This document shows, piece by piece, positions 17,664 through 26,490 of a DNA stretch of 41,948 nt (the stretch's first letter is position 1; each line of letters begins with the position of its first letter). Position numbers and translations under genes: made by a program. The notes beneath the pieces were generated by a model, which was given only the letters and a program-made list of their open reading frames with translations, did no database searches and was not told the origin of the DNA. This stretch comes from Clostridia bacterium (GTDB lineage: Bacteria; Bacillota; Clostridia; UMGS1883). The stretch covers positions 1 to 41,948 of the forward strand of contig JAFYPR010000119.1 in assembly GCA_017547445.1 (NCBI GenBank), given 5' to 3'.

Positions 17664-18524
17664 TTACTTCCTTTCGATATCTCTGTGGGAGCTTTTTGCA
17701 GTAAGGGAATTTTCCTCAAAAATCTTCCTTAATGCCTCTGTGATGGCGACGCTTCTGTGTTTACCGCCTGTACAGCCGATAGAAATTGTAATCTGCCGTC
17801 TTCCGTCACGGATATAGTAAGGCACTAAGTACATAATCATTTCCGAATATCTCTTCACAAACTCACTGCACTGCTCGTTTTCTGTAACATATTTAAAAAC
17901 ATCCTCATCAAGACCTGTCCTGTAGCGCATATCCTCCACATAATAGGGGTTAGGCAAAAATCTTACATCCATAACCAGATCCGTTGCAATGGGTATGCCG
18001 TACTTAAAGCCGAAGGACATAATATTAACGGAGAAAAACTCCTTCTTTTTACTTGAATCGCCGAACTTTTCACGTACAATTTCGTTAAGCTCACGGGTTA
18101 AAAGGTTTGAGGTATTAATAACATGGTCAGCCTTAAGGCGGATTTTCGACATAATTTCCTTTTCAGCATTGATGCCCTTTTCAACAGGTCCGTGAGGTGC
18201 AAGAGGATGTGCACGCCTTGTTTCCTTATACCGGCGCACCAATGCGGTATGGTCAGCCTCTAAGAATACAATTTCATAAGGACATTCATCCATTGAAATT
18301 TTTGAAAGCTCCTCTTCAATGTTAGAAAACATCTCACCGCCTCGTATATCCGTAACAACTGCAACATTCTTTGCCTTTATCTTGCCCTCACTTACAGCCT
18401 TTGCAAAGGCAGAAAGAAACAATACGGGCATATTATCAATACAGTAATAACCCATATCCTCCAAAAAGTGCAGTACCTGTGTCTTTCCCGCACCGGAAAT
18501 ACCTGTTATAATCAAAAATTTCAT
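17664..18524 (-). CDS. rapZ: RNase adapter / nucleotide-binding protein RapZ (YvcJ)
   Basis: Walker A GISGAGKT and the C-terminal motif GCTGGKHRSV, 286 aa. Confidence 0.92.
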   Translation of the reverse strand: MKFLIITGISGAGKTQVLHFLEDMGYYCIDNMPVLFLSAFAKAVSEGKIKAKNVAVVTDIRGGEMFSNIEEELSKISMDECPYEIVFLEADHTALVRRYKETRRAHPLAPHGPVEKGINAEKEIMSKIRLKADHVINTSNLLTRELNEIVREKFGDSSKKKEFFSVNIMSFGFKYGIPIATDLVMDVRFLPNPYYVEDMRYRTGLDEDVFKYVTENEQCSEFVKRYSEMIMYLVPYYIRDGRRQITISIGCTGGKHRSVAITEALRKIFEENSLTAKSSHRDIERK

Positions 18525-18536
18525 CTTACCTCATCC

Positions 18537-19415
18537 TTATTCCCAGTATTTAACCTCTGCTTCAAGTTTAACACCCGAGTGGTCAAAAACAGTCATTTTA
18601 ACCTTTTCCATAAGGCTAAGCACATCCTCTGTTGTAGCGTCACCCTTATTAATTATAAATCCCGAGTGCTTTTTACTTACCTCAGCGCCGCCCACCGAAG
18701 TGCCCTTTAAGCCTGCCTCTTCGATAAGCGCCGCCGCAAAATAACCCTGAGGCCTTTTAAAGGCGCTTCCCGCCGACGGATATTCCAGCGGCTGCTTATC
18801 TCTTCTTTTTTCGCCAAGCTCCTTCATTTTGGCAAGAATTTCATCTCCGTTACCCTCTCTGAGCTTAAAGCATACAGCGGTAACTACATAATTCTTATCC
18901 GAGAAAAAGCTTTTTCTGTAGCCAAAGTCTGCAGTATCGCAATCCATCCTGTAAACCTCGCCCGTAGGTGCGGCATAATCAATCCAGTCTACAATATCCT
19001 TAAGCTCACCGCCGTAAGCACCTGCATTCATACATACACCGCCGCCTGCACTGCCGGGTATTCCGTGGGCAAATTCCATCCCCGTAAGGGAGCCTTTATA
19101 TGCGGCATATGCCGCGCTTGACAAAAGCGCACCTGCCTGACAGATAACCCTGTCGCCGTCAATTTTTATTTCGCTTAAATTTTTTCCTATATGGATGACG
19201 GGACAATCTATCCCCCTGTCGGAAACCAAAAGATTACTTCCGTTTCCAAGAACATAATATTTTTCACCGCGCTCGGTAAGCTTTCTTAAAACCGAGGCAA
19301 CGGCAAGGGGCGATTCGGGTTCAATCATAACCCTTGCCGCTCCGCCTGTCTTAAAAGTAGTATAATCCTTCATCTGTACGTTATAGCGTACAGTACAGTT
19401 TTCAAATTCGTACAT
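18537..19415 (-). CDS. murB: UDP-N-acetylenolpyruvoylglucosamine reductase
   Basis: TFKTGGAARV, GNGSNLLV, and SGFIINKG near the C-terminus. Start moved to ATG 19415 so that it no longer overlaps the glucokinase gene. Confidence 0.92.
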   Translation of the reverse strand: MYEFENCTVRYNVQMKDYTTFKTGGAARVMIEPESPLAVASVLRKLTERGEKYYVLGNGSNLLVSDRGIDCPVIHIGKNLSEIKIDGDRVICQAGALLSSAAYAAYKGSLTGMEFAHGIPGSAGGGVCMNAGAYGGELKDIVDWIDYAAPTGEVYRMDCDTADFGYRKSFFSDKNYVVTAVCFKLREGNGDEILAKMKELGEKRRDKQPLEYPSAGSAFKRPQGYFAAALIEEAGLKGTSVGGAEVSKKHSGFIINKGDATTEDVLSLMEKVKMTVFDHSGVKLEAEVKYWE

Positions 19416-19431
19416 CTTTACACCACCGGAT

Positions 19432-20340
19432 TCAGATTTGTGTATAAAGGAAGCTTGCACCCACAACACCTGCGTCATTAAAAAGGCGCGAAACCCTTAT
19501 CTTAGTGCGTCTTGTTTCATTTTTGTCGGTAATGGAGTTTTCTTCTGCAAACCTCTTGATGCTGTCTGTTATTGCATCACCTTCACGGCTGATGCCTCCT
19601 CCGATTACAATTTCATCACTCTGGAAAATATTTACCATATCGCATATGCCTTCAGAAACATAGGAAAGCCATTTTTCAATAACCTCATCAGCTCTTTTAT
19701 TTCCCTTGTACTTTTCTGCAAAAATCGACTTTCCTGTTACATTCTGTCCAAGTCCTGCCGCTTTTGCCTGTCTTACAAGTGCTGAAACAGACGCATATCT
19801 CTCCCAGCAGCCGTATCTTCCGCAGTTGCATCTTTCACCGTTTCTGTCAATTACAATATGCCCGATTTCGCCTGCAGCCGAATTTATACCCCTGAGTATT
19901 TTCCCGTCAAGGATAATGCCTCCGCCTACGCCTGTACCTAAGGTAACAAAGACAAAGCTGTCCGCTCTTTTGTCCGACACCATATATTCACCCAATGCCG
20001 CACAGTTTGCATCGTTATCCAGAAGGGTGGGGATTCCCGTCTTTTTCTCAATATATGAGCAGATTGAGATATTTTTGCACCCTTCAATGTTGGGACAGCT
20101 TACAATAACCCCTTTTTTTGAGTCGCATACTCCGGGCGCACCGATACCGATACTTTTAATCTTATTCATATCAGTTGCCGATTTTTTCACAATCTCGTCA
20201 ATTATTTCGATAACCTTATCTGCCAGAAGAGTGCCCTCCTTTGGGGTAGGTGTCTTTGACGAGATGATGATATTGCCGTTATTTTCTACTATTGCGGCTT
20301 TTATAAAAGTACCGCCGATATCAATTCCGATATTTTTCAA
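19432..20340 (-). CDS. glcK: ROK-family glucokinase
   Basis: N-terminal GIDIGGTFIK and the ROK zinc motif CNCGRYGCWE, 302 aa. Confidence 0.85.
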   Translation of the reverse strand: MKNIGIDIGGTFIKAAIVENNGNIIISSKTPTPKEGTLLADKVIEIIDEIVKKSATDMNKIKSIGIGAPGVCDSKKGVIVSCPNIEGCKNISICSYIEKKTGIPTLLDNDANCAALGEYMVSDKRADSFVFVTLGTGVGGGIILDGKILRGINSAAGEIGHIVIDRNGERCNCGRYGCWERYASVSALVRQAKAAGLGQNVTGKSIFAEKYKGNKRADEVIEKWLSYVSEGICDMVNIFQSDEIVIGGGISREGDAITDSIKRFAEENSITDKNETRRTKIRVSRLFNDAGVVGASFLYTQI

Positions 20341-20352
20341 TTTCTATCTTCC

Positions 20353-21066
20353 TTATACTTCAACATTTAAATAATCACAAAGCTTTTTTAAAGAGGTGTT
20401 AAGTATCAATTCCTCAGGGAAATCAATTTCCTCCATAAGAGCGATGCTGTTTGGCACAGCTCCTACCTCCAATGAAAAATGGGCATCTGTGCTGAGTACA
20501 ACAGGCACGGAATACTTCTTGCATAAAAGAGCAATCTCTCTGCAGTTTTCACCGCTTCCCGCCCTCACCTTAAAGGAGTGATTATTTATCTCAATTATCT
20601 TACCCTTTTCTTTAGCTTTTTTTACAACAGCTTCATAATCACACATATATCTTCCGTCGCCCATGTGACCTAAAACGTCCACATTCTCGTTTTCCATCAC
20701 GTTAAGCCATGCCTTTGTAACCTCTTCCTTTGGTGCATTGGGCGGAAAGCAGGGCGTATGGAAGCTTGCAATAACAAGCTCAAGATTTTTAAGAAGCCCA
20801 TCTTCAATATCCAGTCTTCCCTCTGTATCCATAATATCAACCTCTGCACCGGGCAAAAGGCGCACCCCGTTTACATACTTGGGCAAGTGCCTTGCTGACT
20901 GAAAATGGAACCATACTGCCCCGTCTCCAAGCATAGGTCCGTGGTTTGTCATCGCAATACCCTCAAGCCCGGTTTTTTCAGCCTGCCTGAGATTTTCCTC
21001 CAGCGTGGAAAAAGCATGGTCAGAAACATTCGTATGTGTATGTGTATCAACCGTAATCTTAATCAT
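20353..21066 (-). CDS. PHP-domain phosphoesterase (YcdX-like)
   Basis: N-terminal VDTHTHTNVSDHA plus further His/Asp metal ligands, 237 aa. Confidence 0.75.
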   Translation of the reverse strand: MIKITVDTHTHTNVSDHAFSTLEENLRQAEKTGLEGIAMTNHGPMLGDGAVWFHFQSARHLPKYVNGVRLLPGAEVDIMDTEGRLDIEDGLLKNLELVIASFHTPCFPPNAPKEEVTKAWLNVMENENVDVLGHMGDGRYMCDYEAVVKKAKEKGKIIEINNHSFKVRAGSGENCREIALLCKKYSVPVVLSTDAHFSLEVGAVPNSIALMEEIDFPEELILNTSLKKLCDYLNVEV

Positions 21067-21096
21067 AATCTACCTCTTTACTAAAACCCGCAATAA

Positions 21097-21150
21097 GGCT
21101 CCCTCACCGAGGGAGCTGTCACCGGAGGTGACTGAGGGAGTGTTGCAATT
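21097..21150. repeat. structured repeat family B, copy 1 (two hairpins plus a third GAGGGAG box)
   Basis: GCTCCCTC-acc-GAGGGAGC (21098-21116), GTCACC-gga-GGTGAC (21118-21132), then TGAGGGAGTGTTGCAATT. It recurs at 25993-26046. Confidence 0.8.
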
Positions 21151-21157
21151 TCAAAGC

Positions 21158-22117
21158 TTAAATAATTCCTGTTGCATCCATATTAAGCTGCTTTGAAAGT
21201 CTCTCGTTCAATTCCTCCGCCGCATTATATCCCATCTGCTGCTGACGGAAGTTCATTGCCGCAATCTCAATAATAATAGCAAGATTTCGACCGGGTCTTA
21301 CGGGTATTGTAACAGAAGGCACTTCAATCCCCAGAATATTTGTATAGGTTTTATCAATACCAAGTCTTTCATAATTCTTGCCCTGCTGCCATAATTCAAG
21401 GTTAACAACAAGATTAACGTTTTCAACATCCTTAACGGCACCCATACCAAAGATTTTTTTCACGTCAATAATACCTATGCCGCGAAGCTCAATAAAGTGA
21501 CGGATAATTTCAGGCGATGATGCCATAAGCGTCTTTGACGAAACCTTTCTTATTTCAACTGCATCGTCTGCCACAAGGCGGTGGCCTCTCTTTACAAGCT
21601 CAACTGCAGTTTCACTTTTACCAACCCCTGATTCACCTAAAATAAGAACACCTTCACCGTAAATTTCCATCAGTACGCCGTGACGTGTAATGAAGGGTGC
21701 CAGAATAACATTCATTGCCGAAATATATGATGCAATAAAATGTGACGTACTCTCCTCCGTTCTTAAAATCGGAATCTGGTATTCCTTTGCCGCCTGAAAA
21801 AGCTCAGAGGGAATTTCAGCCTTACGTGTAACAACGATTGCGGGGATATTTTGCTGACAAAGCTTTTTTAACACCTCGTATTTTTCCTCTGAGGACTTTT
21901 CCATCAGATAAAACATTTCTGCCTTACCTAAAATCTGAATTCTGTTATTATCAAAATAATCGTAATAATCCGCCGCAAACTGAATGCCGGGACGATGCAC
22001 ATCTGCACAGTCAACCCATGTCTGCTTCATTCTCTCAGGTGCATATACAACCTCAAGCTTAAATTCACTTATAACCCTTTCGAGCAAAACCTTTTCTTTT
22101 CTGTTGGAGTTCATCAT
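21158..22117 (-). CDS. hprK: HPr kinase/phosphorylase
   Basis: Walker [12 protein letters not shown], 319 aa. It overlaps prfA by 4 nt. Confidence 0.93.
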   Translation of the reverse strand: MMNSNRKEKVLLERVISEFKLEVVYAPERMKQTWVDCADVHRPGIQFAADYYDYFDNNRIQILGKAEMFYLMEKSSEEKYEVLKKLCQQNIPAIVVTRKAEIPSELFQAAKEYQIPILRTEESTSHFIASYISAMNVILAPFITRHGVLMEIYGEGVLILGESGVGKSETAVELVKRGHRLVADDAVEIRKVSSKTLMASSPEIIRHFIELRGIGIIDVKKIFGMGAVKDVENVNLVVNLELWQQGKNYERLGIDKTYTNILGIEVPSVTIPVRPGRNLAIIIEIAAMNFRQQQMGYNAAEELNERLSKQLNMDATGII

Positions 22118-23181
22118 GCTTCTCCTTTCAGCTTTTCGCTCTGATAGTATGTGGCAAGAGCATCAACAAGCTCATCAATCTCCCCGTCCATAATGGCGCC
22201 AATCTTATAAAGGGTAAGATTAATTCTGTGGTCTGTTACTCTTCCCTGAGGGAAGTTATATGTTCTTATTCTTTCACTTCTGTCGCCTGAGCCTACCTGA
22301 CTTTTTCTTTCCGCGGCAATAGATGCGTTTCTTTCCGCTTCCATAAGCTCGTAAAGACGGCTTCTTAAAACCTTCAGCGCCTTATCCTTGTTTTTGTGCT
22401 GGCTCTTTTCGTCCTGACAGGACACCACCAAGCCTGTAGGCAGATGAGTAATTCTTACAGCCGAGTCAGTTGTATTAACACACTGACCGCCGGGGCCGCC
22501 TGCACGGAAAACATCAATCTTCAAATCGTTCTGATTGATTTCAAGCTCAACCTCTTCAACCTCGGGAAGTACCGCAACAGATGCCGCCGAGGTCTGTATT
22601 CTGCCCTGTGATTCTGTCTCGGGCACTCTCTGTACACGGTGAACACCGCTTTCATACTTAAAACGGCTGTAAGCGCCCTGCCCGTCAACGGAAAAGGAAA
22701 TTTCCTTATATCCGCCCAATTCAGTTGCGTTGGAATTCATAATTTCAATCTTCCATCTCTTCTTTTCAGCATACATGGAATACATTCTGAACAATTCCGC
22801 CGCAAAAAGCGCCGCTTCCTCACCGCCTGTACCGCCTCTTATTTCCACAATAACGCTCTTGTCATCGTTAGGGTCCTTTGGTATGAGAAGTATTTTCAGT
22901 TCTTCCTCAATTGTGGGGATTTTGCTCTTTGCATCACTTATTTCTTCCCTGAGCATTTCTTCAAAATCCGCATCAACCTTTTCCTCAAGCATTTCCTCTG
23001 CATCGGAGATTGTCTTCATAATCTCTTTATATTCCTTATACTTTTCCACGATGGGGGTAAGGTCACTGTGCTCCTTCATAAGCTTTCGCCAGGAGTCAAT
23101 ATCCGCAATAACGTCACCGTCGCTTATCTTCCCTGAAAGCTCCTCATATTTTTCTTCTATAAATGCCAGCTTTTCAAACAT
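22114..23181 (-). CDS. prfA: peptide chain release factor 1
   Basis: GGQ motif ([22 protein letters not shown]) and an RF1-type PxT tripeptide (PET), 355 aa. Confidence 0.95.
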   Translation of the reverse strand: MFEKLAFIEEKYEELSGKISDGDVIADIDSWRKLMKEHSDLTPIVEKYKEYKEIMKTISDAEEMLEEKVDADFEEMLREEISDAKSKIPTIEEELKILLIPKDPNDDKSVIVEIRGGTGGEEAALFAAELFRMYSMYAEKKRWKIEIMNSNATELGGYKEISFSVDGQGAYSRFKYESGVHRVQRVPETESQGRIQTSAASVAVLPEVEEVELEINQNDLKIDVFRAGGPGGQCVNTTDSAVRITHLPTGLVVSCQDEKSQHKNKDKALKVLRSRLYELMEAERNASIAAERKSQVGSGDRSERIRTYNFPQGRVTDHRINLTLYKIGAIMDGEIDELVDALATYYQSEKLKGEA

Positions 23182-23192
23182 ATTTTGTCACC

Positions 23193-23648
23193 TCAGAATG
23201 TCACACTCATTAATATACCTATCAGAAGTCCCAGGAAAAACCCCATAACAACCTGAAAAGGACTATGCCCTAAAATTTCCTTCAACGCCTTTTCCTGACC
23301 TATGGTGCTGTCCTCCTTCAGAGCATGTATAATACGGTTAAGCGCCTTTGCCTGCTCACCAACCGCCCGTCTTACACCGCATGCGTCATACATAACAACC
23401 ATTGCAAATGCCGCCGCCAGGGAAAAATATACGCTTCCCAGACCGTACTCAAAGCCTATAACCGTAGCAAGCGCCGTAACAAATGCACTATGGGAGGAGG
23501 GCATACCGCCCGATGCAAAAATGCTTTCCCATATAAATTTCTTTGACATGACAGATTCTATCAGAACCTTTAAAACCTGTGCCGCCGCCCAGCCTGTAAT
23601 AGCGGCAACCAAAGGCGTGTTTGCCATAAATCGCACTAAAACGTCCAT
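23193..23648 (-). CDS. divergent PAP2-family membrane protein (DUF212/YuiD-like)
   Basis: GGMPSSHSAFV motif, ~4 TM, 151 aa. Confidence 0.75.
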   Translation of the reverse strand: MDVLVRFMANTPLVAAITGWAAAQVLKVLIESVMSKKFIWESIFASGGMPSSHSAFVTALATVIGFEYGLGSVYFSLAAAFAMVVMYDACGVRRAVGEQAKALNRIIHALKEDSTIGQEKALKEILGHSPFQVVMGFFLGLLIGILMSVTF

Positions 23649-23665
23649 CCTTCATCCTCCACGTA

Positions 23666-24532
23666 TCAGTTTTCTCTCTCAAGCATAGCTTTTGCAAGCA
23701 ATACCAAAAATTCACCCTTGTCACCGAAAACCTCACAGGCAGCTATTGCCTTTCGAGTCTCTTCTTCAAGCTCTTTTTTTGCCTTTTCAAGTCCCATCAG
23801 GGTCACAAAGGTGGACTTTTCAGAATTTATATCCTTCATGAGGGTTTTACCCATTTTTTCCTCGATTCCTTCAACATCCAAAATATCGTCCTTTATCTGG
23901 AAAGCAAGACCTAAGCTTTTTGTATAGCCTTCAGCAAATACAGCGGGTACACCTGCGGCTATTGCCCCTGCGGCACCTGCCGCATTTATAAGGGCGCCTG
24001 TCTTTCTTTCGTGGATACGCCTTAAAGTATCCATGTCAGCTTTTTCGCCCTCCGCCTTTATATCATCAGTCTGCCCTCCGACCATACCTTCAATCCCCGC
24101 CATAGCGGAGAGGTAAGAGATAAAATCAAATGCCTTTGCCTTATCCTTAACATTTCTTGTTATATGGGTAAAGGCATGTGTCAGAAGCCCGTCACCTGCT
24201 AAAAGAGCATATGCCTCGCCGTATTTTACGTGACAGGTGGGCATACCGCGTCGCAAAGTGTCATTATCCATACAGGGCAAATCGTCATGTATCAGAGAAT
24301 ATGTATGTATCATTTCCAGTGCACAGCCAAATGCTGTTGCCATTTCCATGTCACCGCCGAGACTGTCACAAACTGCAAGGGCAATAACAGGACGTATTCT
24401 CTTGCCCCCTGCCAGAAGCGAATATGCCATCGCCTCAGATACAATATTACCCTCGGGCAACTGTTTCACAATATCCTCAAGGGCATTATTTATTCTTTTC
24501 GTATATTCCGCAAGCTTTTTGTTAAAGTCCAT
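23666..24532 (-). CDS. ispA: polyprenyl (farnesyl/geranylgeranyl) diphosphate synthase
   Basis: First and second Asp-rich motifs: HDDLPCMDND and KDDILD. Confidence 0.9.
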   Translation of the reverse strand: MDFNKKLAEYTKRINNALEDIVKQLPEGNIVSEAMAYSLLAGGKRIRPVIALAVCDSLGGDMEMATAFGCALEMIHTYSLIHDDLPCMDNDTLRRGMPTCHVKYGEAYALLAGDGLLTHAFTHITRNVKDKAKAFDFISYLSAMAGIEGMVGGQTDDIKAEGEKADMDTLRRIHERKTGALINAAGAAGAIAAGVPAVFAEGYTKSLGLAFQIKDDILDVEGIEEKMGKTLMKDINSEKSTFVTLMGLEKAKKELEEETRKAIAACEVFGDKGEFLVLLAKAMLEREN

Positions 24533-24738
24533 TATTCTGCTCCTTTGGTAAAATCCTCACAGCCCTCTTCTGTTACCTTCTTAACCTTAAGCTGTGCCTC
24601 ATCAAGCATTTTTCTGCAGTTTTTTGTAAGAGTAACACCCTTTTCAAAAAGAGCTAATGCTTCTTCCAGGGTTGTCTCTCCGCCCTCAAGCCTTGTTACG
24701 GTTTCTTCAAGTTCTTTTAAAGCTTCTTCAAATGTCAT
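24532..24738 (-). CDS. xseB: exodeoxyribonuclease VII small subunit
   Basis: 68 aa with FEEALKELEETVTRLEGGETTLEEALALFEKG. It is coupled to xseA and ispA by overlaps. Confidence 0.9.
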   Translation of the reverse strand: MTFEEALKELEETVTRLEGGETTLEEALALFEKGVTLTKNCRKMLDEAQLKVKKVTEEGCEDFTKGAE

Positions 24739-25943
24739 AACTGTTCCTCGATTCTGTTTATTTGTGCATGAACTCTGCCGTCGCTGAGCACAATCTTAAC
24801 CTCATCCTTATCCTTTACCTGTTTAACGCTTTTTAAAACCTTATCGTCTTTGTATGAAACGCTGTACCCTCTTTCAAACACCTTAAGGGGACTTAACGCA
24901 TCCAGCTTTACAGCCTTCTCCGATAAAAGGTTCATCTTTTTTTCTATCTTGCCTTCCATTGCACGAAGGAGCATATCAAAGCTTCTGTCCGTTGTCTGCA
25001 TCAGGTTTTCAATCCGTCTTATAAAGCTTTCCTTAGATGCTCTTTCCGATATGAGCCTGAGCCTTTCTTCGCTTGCCTCCGCTTTCTTTAAAAGAAGGTT
25101 TTTAAGCCTTATACGGGTTTTTTCAAGACCTGCTGTAAGCTCTTTTACATCAGGCACCGCAATCTCTGCCGCCGCAGAGGGTGTTGGTGCTCTTAAATCC
25201 GCCACCGCATCAGAGAGGGTAAAGTCCGTTTCATGACCTACCGCCGAAATAACAGGTATTTGCGAATTGAAAATTGCCCTTACCGTTATTTCCTCGTTAA
25301 ATGCCCATAAATCCTCTATGCTTCCTCCGCCTCTGCCTGCGATAATAACGTCAACAGGGCATTTATCGTTAAAAAATTCAATACCCTTTACAATGCTGCC
25401 TGCCGCACCCTGTCCCTGTACCAATGCAGGGTAGAGATAAACCTCCGCTAAAGGATAACGCCTTGTAAGAATATTTAAAATATCCCTTACTGCCGCACCT
25501 GTGGGGCTCGTTACAACACCCACTCTTTCGGGGAATTTCGGGATAGGCTTTTTATACCTTTCGTCAAAAATGCCCTCCCCGGAAAGCTTTTTCTTAAGCT
25601 CCTCAAGCTTTTTATATAAATCGCCCTGACCCTCCTGCTCCATATCCTCTATATAAAGCTGATATGCACCGTCACGTTCAAAAACGCCTATTCTTCCGTT
25701 TGCGGAAACCTTCATCCCGTTTTCCATCTTAAAGGGCAGCTTCATAACAGCCCCCTTGAACATAACTGCTCTTAAGGTAGCACCTTCGTCCTTCAAGGTA
25801 AGGTATACATGCCCCGAGGAGTGATACTTAAGGTTACTTATTTCACCCTTTATCCACACATTCTGCAAAACCTCGGTCCGCTCAAGTATTGCCTTTATGT
25901 AATTGTTAATCTGCGTTACTGTAGCTTCTCTGCGCTGCACCAT
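24735..25943 (-). CDS. xseA: exodeoxyribonuclease VII large subunit
   Basis: OB-fold N-terminus ...VWIKGEISNLKYHSSGHVYLTLKD. Start moved from TTG 26021 to ATG 25943, because the extension reads through repeat family B. Confidence 0.9.
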   Translation of the reverse strand: MVQRREATVTQINNYIKAILERTEVLQNVWIKGEISNLKYHSSGHVYLTLKDEGATLRAVMFKGAVMKLPFKMENGMKVSANGRIGVFERDGAYQLYIEDMEQEGQGDLYKKLEELKKKLSGEGIFDERYKKPIPKFPERVGVVTSPTGAAVRDILNILTRRYPLAEVYLYPALVQGQGAAGSIVKGIEFFNDKCPVDVIIAGRGGGSIEDLWAFNEEITVRAIFNSQIPVISAVGHETDFTLSDAVADLRAPTPSAAAEIAVPDVKELTAGLEKTRIRLKNLLLKKAEASEERLRLISERASKESFIRRIENLMQTTDRSFDMLLRAMEGKIEKKMNLLSEKAVKLDALSPLKVFERGYSVSYKDDKVLKSVKQVKDKDEVKIVLSDGRVHAQINRIEEQL

Positions 25944-25992
25944 TATTGACCGCCTTTCAGTTTCCCACCAATAAAAAGGAAAGATGGTTGTA

Positions 25993-26046
25993 GGCTCCCT
26001 CTTTGAGGGAGCTGTCGCCAAAGGCGACTGAGGGAGTGTTGCAATT
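25993..26046. repeat. structured repeat family B, copy 2
   Basis: GCTCCCTC-ttt-GAGGGAGC (25994-26012), GTCGCC-aaa-GGCGAC (26014-26028), then TGAGGGAGTGTTGCAATT. Confidence 0.8.
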
Positions 26047-26052
26047 ATTCAC

Positions 26053-26475
26053 TTACTTATTCTTCAAATACTCTGCCAATACACCATTTATAAACTTATA
26101 TGTATCCTCCTCGCCGTATGCCTTTGCCAATTCAACTGCTTCGTTTACGGCAACACGGGAGGGTACATCGTCCATATTTTCTATTTCATAGATTGCAAGC
26201 TGTAAGATGGCAAGGCTCACCTTGGGAAGTCTTGCCACATCCCACTTTTTAAGGAGGGGCGCAATCTTTTCATTCAATTCATCCTTTGTTTCCGCGGCAC
26301 CGAAAACAACCATCTTCATGTATTCTATATCGTTTTTGTCCATGGCTGCCTCTGCCCACATTTCGTCCTTCATTGTCTCCTCAAAATATTCACACATATC
26401 ATGAGGAGGCTCCTTCATAAGTGCACAGTTATAGATTATCTTGAATGCATTTTCTCTTGCTGATTTTCTGCTCAT
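26053..26475 (-). CDS. nusB: transcription antitermination factor NusB
   Basis: 140 aa with N-terminal SRKSARENAFKIIY. Confidence 0.9.
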   Translation of the reverse strand: MSRKSARENAFKIIYNCALMKEPPHDMCEYFEETMKDEMWAEAAMDKNDIEYMKMVVFGAAETKDELNEKIAPLLKKWDVARLPKVSLAILQLAIYEIENMDDVPSRVAVNEAVELAKAYGEEDTYKFINGVLAEYLKNK

Positions 26476-26490
26476 GTCATTTCCTCATTT

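Noticed and set aside
19416-19478. N-terminal extension of murB overlapping the glucokinase gene.
   Set aside because: The internal ATG at 19415 gives the usual MurB N-terminus and removes the overlap.
23649-23665. I looked for OLE RNA, which in some anaerobic Firmicutes follows ispA.
   Set aside because: Only 17 nt separate ispA from the next gene, so there is no room for a ~600-nt RNA.
25944-26191. TTG-initiated extension of xseA, and the + strand ORF 26003-26191 (MRELSPKATEGV...). The analogous ORF at copy 1 is 21005-21196.
   Set aside because: Both are translations of repeat family B hairpins. The differences between copies are compensatory at the nucleotide level rather than conservative at the peptide level.
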